From Ministeria vibrans ATCC 50519 (Eukaryota; Protista; Filasterea): a DNA stretch of 64,000 nt. Below, piece after piece: positions 1 through 12,645 of this stretch. How positions within the stretch are numbered: position 1 is the stretch's first letter; the number at the start of each line of letters is the position of its first letter. The notes beneath the pieces were generated by a model. That model searched no databases and was not told the DNA's origin. It was given only the letters and a program-made list of their open reading frames with translations. Position numbers and translations under genes: made by a program. The stretch is taken from assembly GCA_943704425.1 (NCBI GenBank), contig CALSCP010000486.1, positions 1 to 64,000 of the forward strand, written 5' to 3'.

Positions 1-1261
1 GGTCCGCCAAAGCATGTGCCACCATTCTGACACACAAGTGTGTCACATCCACCGTTGCCAGTCAACGTCTCGCACACAGCTCCGACGTAGCCCTGCGGGC
101 AGGTACACACGCTCATGCCAGGCGTCGTGTCAATGCACGTGCCGCCGTTCAAGCACGGCTGCGTGTCGCATCCACCAGAGCCTCCCATCGCAGTCTCGCA
201 CAACTCTCCCATGAAGCTTGCCTCACACATGCACGACACAAACCCAGCGTTATCCATGCAGGTCCCCCCGTTGACACACGGCGAAGAGTCGCACACATTG
301 CCCAATGCGCTCTCGCACATCTCACCCACCACGCCACTCGGGCACGAGCAGAACGCACCAGCCGGTCCGCCAAAGCATGTGCCACCATTCTGACACACAA
401 GCGTGTCACATCCACCGTTGCTGATGGAAGTCTCACAGCCCTCGCCCGTGAAGCTTTGGTCGCAAAGACAAATTGCGGCTCCTCCAGAAGAAAAACAAGT
501 GCCTCCGTTTCGACAAGGCGATGAGTCACAGAAGATCTCGCTTAGCTCGGTTTCACACAAGAGACCAACAAAACTCTCTGCACATATGCATTCGGCGACG
601 CCAGTGCCGAGTTCAATACATGTCCCCGCATTGGCACACGGCATGGATGCACAAGCGGTTGTTGTGGACGACGACTCGCAGAGCGCTCCCGTTGTCCCCG
701 TTGGGCAGTCGCACAACGCCACACCAGTGGTGTCGACGCACGTTCCCCCGTTAAGGCAAAAGTGACCGTCGCACGGGTTGGCGATTTGGCTGTCACAGAA
801 CTCGCCGGTGAACGAAGTTGCGCAGAGACACACCGAGCCAATGAGACCCAAGTCGGTGCAGGTGCCGCCGTTGTTGCACACGAGAGTCAAACAGGTTCCC
901 TCTGTGGTAGCGCTCTCACAAAACGCGCCAGCGTAGCCGGCCCCGCAGAAACACGCGCTGAAGCCGCTCTGTTCGAAGCAACTGCCCCCATTGGCGCAGG
1001 GAGACGAGTCGCAGCTTGAAGCGGTTGCCGTTTCGCACACCTCGCCCTCGAAGCCGCCGGCACAAGCACAGAAGGCGGTGCCGAATGTGTCGATACACAT
1101 ACCGCCGTTGAGGCACGGGTTGGGCGAGCACGTCAGCGCATCAGCAGCTCCGGCCGTGAGGGCCAGGAGAAATAAAAGGGTAGACACCTGTCAAAAAATA
1201 TCACAAAAAGATTGATAAGAGGTCTTAGAACGGAAAGAATCGACACACTCAAGAGAGGCAT
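1..1261 (-). CDS. Secreted/membrane protein with tandem EGF-like repeats (5' part; continues beyond window start)
   Basis: Minus strand reads MPLLS|intron|VSTLLFLLALTAGAADA (signal peptide), then LTCSPNPCLNGGMCIDTFGTAFCACAGGFEGEVCE and about 9 similar six-Cys EGF repeats. The + strand ORFs containing HVPPF..HG are its antisense shadow. Confidence 0.9.
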
Positions 1262-1545
1262 CCTTGACAAGACCACTGGCGTTCGCCAGCGACCAGAGTG
1301 TGCGCGTAGGCGCTTTGGATGCGCTCGTCGTTATTTCGACTCCCAAATCTCAACAAGCAGCGTTCGCTTCGTTTTATCGTTCAACAGATCAATCCGTGAC
1401 ACGTATATGTCGGTCAACCATACCCCCCGTTAAACAAGAGGCTGTTGTTTCACCCACAGAAAATGATTTTTTTTTTATCACACTCACACACAATCACACA
1501 AACCCACACATCCCTCTCGCGGATCATCGTACCACACGGACTGAC

Positions 1546-4500
1546 ATGTCTTCGCTGCCAACAGAGTCAGTCGTAGTAAGGAATTGATTTGTACTTCTGA
1601 GTTGAGCTCTCACACTTCTCAGTTCTGACTTTAATTGTAGTCCTACTGTCTCATTTATTTTTTGGGGGGTTCTTTATAAATACTGCTGATCTCAACCGTG
1701 CCGCCTGTAGGAAGCTCAGTCAAGCTCTAGAGCGATCAAAACCCAAACGAGGGTCCGAGTTCTTTAAGTTCCAACCCATTCCGTTTGCCTGGGCTGCGCT
1801 ATTGTCTACTATTTCTAATAATTATACTTTTTTTGCACTCTACTGGCTTCCTTGTCATCCCTATCGGCAGTCAGCGTGGCACTGTCATCAGCGTCATGTC
1901 GGAACGCCTGACGTGCCGCCTGCGCTTTTTAGACGGAATCACTCTGCACATTCCCATTACGGTAAACAGCCTATCGCAAGCGCCGCTCGTCTCTCCCGCC
2001 ATCCCCTGCAGCCACCGCCTTCTCTCCCTTCCCCCGCTATTCTGCTTTTTGTTTGTGGTTTCACCCCCTCCGTTGCAGGAGCACAGAGAATCGCCCTTTT
2101 ATCTCTTCACCAAAGCAAAACTTGCAGAGCATTATAATATATTTAAATAGTAAAAAGAGTCGTCAAACGGTTTTTTGTCTTGCAGTTGGAGACCCGCACG
2201 CCTGATCTTATCAGTGTGTGCTACCGCAGCCTGGACATCGATCACTCCAACATGTTCGGCGTGTCGTTTCAGAGACACGATGGCTCCGAGTGCTGGCTCG
2301 ACGATCTCAAGCCGGTTTTGCAGCACGGCCTCTTGGTCCAACTCGACTCAAACCAATCGCTCGCCGTGTCCGTCACCTTCCGCGTCCGATTCTTTGTGCC
2401 CTCTCCTTGGACTCTCTCGTGTGCCCACCAGCGCTCCTATGTCTTCTTGGAAATCGTTGAGCGTCTCAAAACGGGCTGCATCCGCTGCACGTCGATGGAG
2501 CAGTGTGCAACGCTCGCTCTCCTGGCCCACATCTGCCTCCGTTCTACGATAGCAGGGCCCGCGACCCACTACGATCTCCTTTTCGACGCGCTCCTGAGCC
2601 ATACTTCTCATGATTTAGCGTTTGCACTCCAAGATGAACAGCGGTAAGACCACAACATACACACACCGCTCTGCACACTCGCTAATTCGTTTCCTCTGCC
2701 CAGACACGCCATCACGCACGCGACCGCCCAAAAGTATGCACACCTCTCACCGTTGGAGGCCGAAAGAGACTTTCTCATCATCGCTCCCACCTGCGTGGGC
2801 TTTGCAAAAGAGTACTACCCACTGCAGGTATGAATGAGACAACAAGACAAGCAGCGACTGCTGCATACCCAAGTCCTCTCTTTCTTTCATGTTCCCATTG
2901 TCTGTGTTCTTTTTTTATGAGTGTCGTTTGTGTCTTGTGCTAACCTGTTGCCTGACAGCCTTCCCAAGACTGTGAATCCTGCTCTTCCGTCTCTTCGAAA
3001 TTGAACCCCCACTCCTGTTTATTACGTAGATTAACCAAGAGGACGTTATGCTGGGAGTCGGTCCGACCGGCATTGAGTTGAGTCGCATTGCCGATGGACC
3101 CGGTGGGTATTCGTTTATTGCGTGGAAGGACGTTGTTGAGCTCTCGTTCAACCACGAGTTTGTTCAACTACACCATCAAGTTGAGTTTGGCACCGACTCC
3201 AAGTTAGTTCTCATTTCATGCTTGTGTGCCGATGTGGCCGCAGCTCGACGCACCTACTACGCGTGCTACAACCATAATCTCTTTGCGACGTCTCTGAGTC
3301 TCAACCAAGCATCAGACACAGAGAGTACATCCCATGCCGCTGGTCCTGCCAACAATGCCACATCCTCCTCACCATCTTTGGGGTCATCAGCAGCGGCGTC
3401 ATCATCCTCACCGCCACCACAACTACTACCACCACCACCACCCTCACCACCACCACCACAACAACACCACCACCAGCATTATCAACAACAACAACAACTA
3501 TCTTTGCCACCTTCATCGCCGCGTCTCGCGACTCGTGTGACCAGCGAGGAGCGGCCAGAAGTGTCGACTGTGACGCTGTGTGACCGTGCAACAGGCCCCA
3601 TGGCGACGAGCACTGACGACCTCGACCTCGACTTTTCAGCAATTGATCAATTTTTTAATGCCATCCCACCAGTCGATCCGGCCACTGTTATGCAACTATC
3701 GTCTGTGTCGCTCGTTGACGATGTCCAGGCAGAGCGCGACCTGGGCTACGGTGAGCTGCACGGCGACGAGAACAAAGACACGCCCGACAACGGCGTGCCG
3801 ACACGTCCCTCGCTCGAGGAGGTTGATGAGCATTTCAGTGAGGCCATGGATGAGTCTATGGAACAAACTTCCTGTAGCATGGAAACGAGAACGGTAAGAA
3901 AGTGACAGAGCACAAAGTGCAAAATTAATAATAGTAATAATAATATAATTACATTCGCTACCTAGGAGAATGAAGAGTCGGCGAGTGTGACAGTGGGGCG
4001 CACGGTAAAGCGTGTGCGGTCAGAAGGAGGCGAGTGGCAAAGAGGAGGGGTAAATTGTGATGGAGGGAACGGTGTAGACCGGACCAGAGAGCCTCTTGCC
4101 GTGAGCTCAGCAAGGGGCCAAATGCACAAAGCGAGAGAAGAATACATGCGAGTGACGGCAGACAGGATCAAAGAAGAAGAAGCAGCCGCAGAAGAAGACG
4201 AAGAAGAAGAAACGGTAGAGGTCGAAGAAGTTTCTGAGGAGCTGGTCAGCCCAGCGCTTCAGAGGTGTCACCTTGAAAAAGAAACGGGAGAAGAGACGAT
4301 GAATGGAATGGACGTGGAGGAAACGCATGTGAAACGAGAGAGCGCCATCGCCGCGTATCCTTCCACGACTACAAAGACGAGCCCACTCGCCATACATTCT
4401 GTTGATAGCGCAGCTCCGGTATCAGTGCCAACACCAGGCCGAGCCCCAGCGCCAGTCGCAGCGGCTGAGCCAGTCCCAGCACCAGTGTCAGCCTCAGTAT

Positions 4501-5000
4501 CGGGTGGAAACACTACAAAGAAAACAGCAGTGGCTGCTGCTACTGCAACATCGAGGCGTGATACAACCAAAAGTGTCTCAGGCACACGCAGGAAGGTTAC
4601 TGTACCGCCTCTGTTTGAGTGCCCTCTCTGTCCTTTCACCTCGACAGTGAAACGGTCTGTCAAGGATCATTTGGCAGAGCACGCTGTAAAGCAGCCGTAT
4701 GCTTGCGACTTTGACGGCTGCAATCGCCGCTACTCGCGAGGCGAAGATTTGCAGCGACACAAGTCGAGTCACATGGGTAAGCCACAGTTTGTGTGTGCTG
4801 AGTGCGGCAAAGGATTCCAACGGGGCGACAAGCTCAAGTCGCATCAGAGCACGCATGCACTTGTGGAGGACCGAGTTCGCTATTGGTGCAGTGTACAGGG
4901 CTGCACAAGCTGCTTCTCGCGAAAGGACGCGCTCTGTCGACATTTGCGTACCATTCACAACATCTCTTTACCTGTTACCAGCACCAAAGCAGATGTGTAA
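1546..5000 (+). CDS. FERM-domain protein fused to four C-terminal C2H2 zinc fingers (multi-exon)
   Basis: FERM F1/F2 (CRLRFLDG; FGVSF..WLDDLKPV; FRVRFFVP..QRSYVFLEI) and F3 (MLGVGPTGI..FIAWKDV). Phase-0 intron 3894-3965 (gtaaga..ctag) joins in frame to an exon with four Cx2-4Cx12Hx3-4H fingers at ~4615-4960. Confidence 0.8.
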
Positions 5001-5207
5001 ATTCTTTTTAATTGTAATGTCATTGTCATAATAATAATAGTTATTTTTGTATTCACACCCAAATCTAAGTACGAGTTAACAGAAAGAAGACGGTTGTCTA
5101 TTGAGTGGATTTAAGAACCACTTTGAGACAACCAAAAAAGAATTAATTTTTATTTTTAATCTAACAATTTTAACTAGAATGTCAGACAAGCTTATCCAAT
5201 ACCTTAC

Positions 5208-5223
5208 TAATAATAATAATAAC

Positions 5224-5269
<46 letters not shown>

Positions 5270-5279
5270 TAATAATGAA

Positions 5280-5323
<44 letters not shown>

Positions 5324-5352
5324 TTAATAATAATGAAAATAATAATAATGAA

Positions 5353-5408
<56 letters not shown>

Positions 5409-5528
5409 TAATAATAATAATAACAAAATAATTTATATTAATTTATTTTATTATTACTTTTGCTGTTGCTCAGTTTTGTTTACCTTTATCTTGGTGACTA
5501 AATAATTTTCAAAAAAAAATTCTAATAA

Positions 5529-5564
<36 letters not shown>

Positions 5565-5580
5565 TTATTATTATTATTAT
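5208..5580. repeat. (AAT)n microsatellite tracts
   Basis: Long imperfect AAT runs in intergenic DNA; source of the spurious poly-N/I/L ORFs. Confidence 0.95.
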
Positions 5581-5610
5581 TCCACTTCTCGAATAAAGCA
5601 CGTCTATTCG

Positions 5611-8600
5611 ATGGAAGTTCTTCAAGAATTAAAGCAAAAGCGAGAAGAAATGTAAGGGGATGCTCTCCATTCAACAAACCTTTATATAATTATATTTTTT
5701 GTCAGTTTGAATCGGTTCAAACAAGTCGAGGAACGACGGGCCGCCCGCCTGGCCTCACCCGCACGACAACCCACCACGCGCACACCACCAGCTCGGCAAA
5801 GGGTGTATGGGAGACTCGAGCCGCAAGCTGGTCAGGAGTCGCCTCGAGTGGCGCTGGAGCGGACACTGCAACGGCTGGACGCGAAGAAGCGTTTGGAACT
5901 GACGCAAACGTCGTCGCTGCCGGCCCTCTCGCTGCTTGACAGCACGATTGTCGTGCCCACCCCGACCGTGGGCCAGTCAATACTGGCTACATTGCCGCGC
6001 TTTGACCCGGCTGCGTTTATTGCGGGCGGTGGACGGACAGTCGCGTTGCAAATGCGAGAACTTCCCTCGACAGTGATTGACAACGCCCTGCCAACAGCGG
6101 GCGCGGGACTGTCATGGTCAGCCTTTGATGACTCGCTCTTTAGCGACGACCATGACGACGAGAACTTTGACTGCAACCCTGCTGAGGTGTATGCCTGTTT
6201 GTATGACTTTGTTCCTGAGCAACCCGAAGAGATGGCGGTGGTGGTGGGCGAGCGAGTGCACCTGCTTGAGCGCAACGACGACGGTTGGTGGCTCGTGAGG
6301 CGGGAGGGCGCGACGACGGATGAACAAGAGGGACTCGTGCCATACAACTATTTGGTGCGCGTGACTCAAGACAATGTACCAACCGACGACAGTACGGGCG
6401 AAGACGGCGAAACTATCAGCGAAGGTGACGGTGGCAACGCGACAGATGAAAGCATCAAAACGCTCATTGGCGGCTTGGACGAGAACCAACTGATTACGGT
6501 GCTGCATGAGCTCACGCGTCACATTGAAAAGGAGGCGAGCACCAACGAACGCCTCTACGTCGATGTAGACACGCCGGAGTCGACACGTGTGCAGATCCTT
6601 CGCAACGCGCTTCACGGCTCCTTCGACAAGGCGACGAACGTGTGTCGGCGTGCCGTTGACTGTGCTGCTGTTGTACTTGATCTTGTGCGGCACTATCCCC
6701 CCTTGGGCTCGCTCGTTCCCTCCTCATTCCACACGTCCTATGTGATGCGTCGTTTTGCCTACGACGAAACTGAGCTCAAGCGACGTCTTGTGCGCGGTGC
6801 ACTGGAGTTTTGGAATATTTTCATGGGTCACCTGGTGGCACTTGCGCGCACATCGCCGCAGTCGCGCGCCAAAATAGTGCGTCGACTTAGTATGGTGTGT
6901 GCGGGTGCACTGATACCGCGGCGCGTCGACGGCACAGGCATTACCATCTCAGGTGAGCGGCGCCTGTTCGACGAAGTGGACGAGTCGACGGCGGGCGAGC
7001 TGTTTGACGCGAGTATGTTGCAACGACGCGGCACCACATCTCGTACTTCAGGATTGTCGAGTGGTGAGGCAACAAACACGACGGTGGCGGCGGTGGTGGG
7101 TGGACGAGCTGGGGCCGGTGTGTACGCGCAGTACGAGTCGCTGTTCCATCAGCTCCTCGTGGACCGCGACTTTGAGCTGGTACATGCGCTGGTCCATGCG
7201 TGCACAAGTCGTAGCGGGCACCACACGTTAGAGCCTGGAGGTAGTGGCGGCAGTGGTGGTGGTGGTGGTGGTCACCACGGACGTGTGCGTGCACATGCAG
7301 TGGAAAGTACTGCGCATGAGAAGAAGAAGGAAAAGAAGACGAAGAAGACCAAAGGGCACGATAGGAGTGATACGCGTGAGACTGTAGCACTTCCTGTGTC
7401 TAGTGCAGCACTTGTCAGTGAGAAAGAGGATTTTTTGCCGTCGCACTTGCGTGGGGTGTCGCGCTCGTCACTCGCTACACGGCTGAGCGGCAATGGCAAC
7501 GACGACGACAACACTGACCATGATCCGTTCTCCATGTCCCTGACCAACACTCTCACATATGCACACCCTTCTAACTTGACACAACCACGCACGCATGGAT
7601 ACGCACGAGGCGATCCCCACGCGGTGCAGCACGAGGCCTTTGTGCTGAATGTCGCGCGGACGGGTCACTTGAGTACCGTCGAGCTTCCGGAGTTGCTGCT
7701 GATTGCGTTTGATGCGCACGACCGCTCATTGGAACTCATTGCGGAGATCACAACACACGAACTGGCGCTGACTGACGAGCGACGTGCACGCACCAGTGGC
7801 TTCCTGGCGGCCAGCACACCTGCCGCGGAGGCCCTTGAGCTGTACCTTTGCTCGCCGGCAGTAGGTTATGCGTACCTGCGCGCGACCGTCTCACCCTTTG
7901 TCCATGCTATCATTGAGCACCCGCGCGACTTCTTTGTGTACCCGTCAATTGTGACACATCGCAAAGCACTGCGTGCCAATACCGCACGCGTCGCCTCGCT
8001 CGTCCAACAGCTGCTGAATCTGCTGCAGAGCAGCCTGGGCTCGCTTCCTGCGCCCCTCCGCGTCCTCCTACAGCACACCCACGCTACTGTGCTCACCCAC
8101 GCGCCCCTTGCCACCCGTCTCGCTCTCGCCGCCGTCCTATTCCGCCGCTTCCTTTGCGCCGCCCTAGTCCACCCCAAGGTCCACGGTCTTACTGCACACG
8201 TGCCCACCGAGGAGGCTATGATTGCCCTCACGTCCATCTCCACTGTTCTTCAAGTACTCCCCTATTCATCCCATTCATCTCCTTTTGATCATACACTTAT
8301 TAATTCTTGATTAGGCGGTCGGTGAGAACAGTCCTTTTGCCGATGAGTCCCCTCTGAGCGAGTTCAATCTCCTCATCAGTGTCAATAGTGCGTCTCTCGA
8401 TGATTATTTCACGCAGTGTCACTCAACAAACGAAATGAGTCTTTTCACGCGCATTGAACGATCGGTATTGAAACGTGAACAATACGTGAGCAAAGTCGCT
8501 ACGACACTAAAGCAGTATAATAATCATTTTTATATAGAATACGATTGAACGAGAGAGAGTGAAGGAAGCTGTTGAGATTCTGGAGACGTACGCGCGAGCC

Positions 8601-8750
8601 AATGAGGCAGTGGTAAGGGTGCACCTGAGCACCAACAAGCACGCGCGAGACGACGGGGCATTTGTGCCGGGGGGACGGAGAACGCTCAGGAGTATTGTGA
8701 AGGTATGTAGTTCTTACGTAATTCGTATGCAGTGGAGGAAGAGAGAGTGA
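5611..8750 (+). CDS. SH3 + RhoGAP-like + RasGAP-like protein (both GAP domains degenerate); 3' end approximate
   Basis: Exon 1 MEVLQELKQKREE is spliced via intron 5652-5705 into the 867-aa ORF. SH3 (YACLYDF..DGWW..GLVPYNY) at ~6187-6360. RhoGAP-like pattern at ~6490-6920. RasGAP pattern (GYAYLRATVSPFV, LPAPLR, LFRRFLCAALVHP) at ~7690-8420. Confidence 0.78.
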
Positions 8751-9352
8751 ATGATACGATACTGTGAGGCTGAGTTGCATAAAGATGATGTGAATAACTT
8801 AGAGAGAGTGTATGTGGGATGGAGTGACTGCCAGTAGAGAGAGTGTGTGATTGTGTGAGAGCGAGTATGTGAAATAGAGAAAGTGATTGAGTGTTGTTTT
8901 TCTTTCTTCTCGCGTAGATGTCCCGTTTTGTTGAGTCATGTCTAGTGCATCGCTTAAGTGCGTTTGATGCGCTTAATTCCGTGCAGAAAAAAGTTTTTCT
9001 TCCCGCTCGTTTTCACGTTCAAAAGGCTAAAACTCGCTCAGCTGTTGGTCTTTTCAAAAAGGCCAAACGCGTCTCAAGTTTCACTATTCGCGACGCAGAA
9101 ACTCAATGATTGTCACGTGCGTCACTTGCTAGCGCAATGATTAATTCTTGTCACTCGATCAATGAATATCGCTCACTCGGTTCATCTTTTTTCACTAATA
9201 AAAATTATTATTGTATAAAAGTACATAAAATGTGTTTTCATTCGAAATTTGAAACAAAAACACTCAAAAAAGAGCACACAGAGAAGAAGAAACAACAAGA
9301 AAGCACACAAACACGCACAAATGAAAATTCGCCGAGATAACACACGCACAAA

Positions 9353-10687
9353 TCAGTCTGATTTTGACTCAAGATAGTCCAAAAGGGACTCGTAAATGAA
9401 ACAGTACTGCTCCTGAGTCTGAACCATTCCGCCACGGTCTTCGCGCAGACGAGCAACAATGTTGAGAACATCAACGGAGCCAGTGCGGTCCAGCGAGCGC
9501 ATGCCAATGTCAACCGCACTGAACGTGCCGGTGCGTCCAATTCCCGCACTGTGTATGGCCAGAGCATTAGTGTGTCAGTATTGCATTATATTGGACATTA
9601 TATTGGGTGACCACCTCACACACACACACACATATTGTGTAATTTATCTCAATGTGTTATTGGAACAGTGCACACAGGACACATTAAGACAAATTAAACA
9701 GTGAAAATGTCACAAAAAGTCACAAAAATACGTAATCATAAGACGTATGTGCACTCTCCTTGACATTACCTGCAGTGGATCACTTGCGGTCCTTTCAAAG
9801 GTGACTCTGCATCATAGCTTCGTACCGCAGCAAGGAACGTCAAAATGGCCTACAACACGTACAAACCCATAATCAAAATCAATCACACCCCCATGCACCA
9901 AGCCCACATACCTTTGTGTTTTTGGGGACACCATGATCGGGCCAGGCCCTAAACCAAAAGTGGCCAATGTGGCGCTCCTCGCCGCCCAGCGACACGGCCA
10001 GCTCGGTAAAGTCGTACACGTCGGTGGCCTCCTCGCGCACCACTGACACAACAATGTCGCCGTACTTGACGCGTGGTGCCACACTTGCGTCGGGCCAGTA
10101 CCGTGCGCACTTTTGCTTGCCGCGCTCTTCGAGTGCCGTTGCCATGACAATCACAGGGCTCTTCAACTCCCACATTAACCGCCAGAAGTCAATGACCGTT
10201 TGCGGCAGTGGGCCCTGGGTGCACACATACACGTTGGGCGCACCAAGGTCGCCCCGCACGTAATTGGCGTTGATGTACGTCGACGTTGTGTCGTCCCCAA
10301 CTTGCTCCAGTGGTACTCTAGATTCTTTGTCTAAAGATGAGAAAAAAAAAAGTTGTTTTAGCATAAATAAAATAATAGTAATTATTTTCCATACTGGGGA
10401 GAATGTTGACATAGCGGTTTTTGTGGTTCACGTTGGGTGGCAGAGAGTTTGGATCGGCATTGTTGATGGGAATGCGCTGGAACTCGTCGTGCAGCTTGAT
10501 CTGGTCGTCGACAATGTCGCGCAGCCCCTCGAGGCCCAGTCGGTTGCTCCTCTTGAAGCGACTCATCACGTCGTTGTCGTCCGCCGCCACAGCCGTGCCC
10601 GACGCCTCCTCGCCCGCCACCGCAACTCCTCCGACAACATCGTTGTTTGTCACTGCCTCTTCGTCCGTTTTGGCAGCCTGTACGCAC

Positions 10688-10737
<50 letters not shown>

Positions 10738-11443
10738 GAGTGAGAAAAAAGAAGAAATCAACAATAGGAGTTTGTGATTGAAAAGAGTGTCAAAAGTGGT
10801 GGAGGAGAGGCCGGCTGGATGATCCAGTGAGACGGAACGAAGGGTGAAGGGCGCAGCAGGCAAGTGGGGCCCATGGACAGCGGGAAAGGAGGCGGAATGG
10901 GCAGGAAACAGAGACGCCGTCAGATGATGACGACAAAAAAAAAGGGGATGAGAGGTTTCAAGGGACAAGAGAAAAGGGACGGGGAGGCGGTGGGCGGCGG
11001 AATGACGAGTGTCAAGAGGAATGGGAGGGTCTCCGGGGAAGTGCGGAACGAATCGTCAATGCGTTTGGTCGGCTGAGCGAACGAAAGGACACTCCTCGTG
11101 GCTAATAGATGATCGTCCATGTCAANNNNNNNNNNGGGGGACGCAGGGGGCGTACGGCGGAGGCTCATACCATGCGGGTGGGCGGGGGCGACGTGCCGGG
11201 TCCAGTGGAGTACATCGAGCCGCGGTTTCCCTCGTTCTGTACCTCGGAGAGCGGTCGCGGTTTGGTGGCCGCGACAGCCTTCTCCTGGGCAGGCGACTCC
11301 TTCATTTTGGTGTGGCTGGTGCGGGCGGGTCGCGTTGAATTGGAAGCGCCGCTCTTTCGTTTACAAAGCACCACCACAAGCAGAATGACGAGAGCACCGC
11401 CGCCAAGGCCAACACCCAGGCCAATGGCGAGATTGTTACTCAT
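9353..11443 (-). CDS. Classical protein-tyrosine phosphatase with N-terminal transmembrane anchor
   Basis: KNRYVNILP, YINANYV, TQGPLPQTVIDFW, KCARYWP, WPDHGVP, spliced HCS|AGIGRTG and Q-loop GMVQTQEQY are all intact. N-terminal hydrophobic LAIGLGVGLGGGALVILLVVVLC-KRK. N-gap at 11126-11135 lies inside the gene. Confidence 0.92.
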
Positions 11444-11795
11444 GTCGACAGAAAGAGGGGGCAAAATTGAATGTTGATAACAGTTGATTCACTTGATTTA
11501 TTTATATTTAATTTATGATTGTTGTTGTTTTGAAATGTGTTTGCTTATACTCATTATTTTATCGAGTGCGTCAGGTACGCAAACCAGCCTGGGAGAAAGA
11601 CTAGCCACGCAGACATGCAATAGAAGGTCCGGCGAACGTGGCGTTGAGAAAAAGCAGTATTTCCCAAATTGTGTGAAATAAGAAAAAGAAACAAGACGCA
11701 ATGTGTCACTTCCTCTGGGACCTTTTTGAGTCTGGCATAAGACAGACTAAAATCTGAGTTTCGTGATTGTTACAATAAGTATTCGTTTATTCAGT

Positions 11796-12311
11796 TCACT
11801 TGGTGGCCTCCTCAAGGTACGCAATGAGATCAGCGCGCTCCTTCTCCTTCTTGATACCAGCAAAGATCATCTTGGTGCCCTGCACAGAAGAATGAAAGGT
11901 CAGAGTCCTTTCCCTATCACCTTGTTCTTTGGCTCTCTCTCTATCACTTCGTTTCGTTCTCTCTCTCTCTGTCACTTCGTTTCGTTCTCTCTCTGTCACT
12001 TTGTTTCGTTCTCTCTCTTGCAAACAGTGTGCGCCTTACGGGAATGAACGCCTTGGGGTTCTTCAGGTAGACGTTGAGTTCGTCACGGCTCCACACGATG
12101 CCCTATTAAACCAAGGTTGAGTCATTGAATGATGCAGTGCGGTAGTTCGTACCTTCTTGATGTTAGCTTCGGTGTACGAGTAGCCGGGAGCCTGGCCAGT
12201 CTTGCGCCCAATTAATCCGTTGAGGCAGGGTCCAGTCTTGTGCTTGCCGCCCTATCGAGAACGAGAGAGACAGAGAGACAGAGAGACAGAAAGACAGAGA
12301 GAGAGACAGAC

Positions 12312-12375
<64 letters not shown>

Positions 12376-12422
12376 CAATGCAATGCGTGTCAGTGCTTGT
12401 GTCATGCGCCCTCCCCGCCCTC

Positions 12423-12453
<31 letters not shown>

Positions 12454-12645
12454 GTTTCTTTGTACCTTCTCGACGACATGGCACTGCGAGCAGCGCTGCT
12501 TGAAAATAGCTTCTCCTTTCTTCACGTCTCCCTGTCACACACAGGAAGAGGGGACAACCGACAGCGGATGAGCAAATGCATACCATGACATGAATTGCAA
12601 ATGGCTCCAAAATCATCAATCAAAACTTACAGCAGGAAGGCTCAT
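11796..12645 (-). CDS. CYCS: Mitochondrial cytochrome c (5 exons)
   Basis: MSLPA|[22 protein letters not shown]|[21 protein letters not shown]..|[14 protein letters not shown]|[11 protein letters not shown]; CxxCH motif and axial Met present. Confidence 0.97.

Noticed and set aside
115-1215. + strand ORFs with repeating HVPPFxHG motif
   Set aside because: Antisense shadow of the minus-strand EGF repeats (PCxNGGTC).
5076-5505. Poly-Asn/Ile/Leu ORFs (also near 49006, 56361-56762 and 61568-62425)
   Set aside because: Translations of (AAT)n microsatellites.
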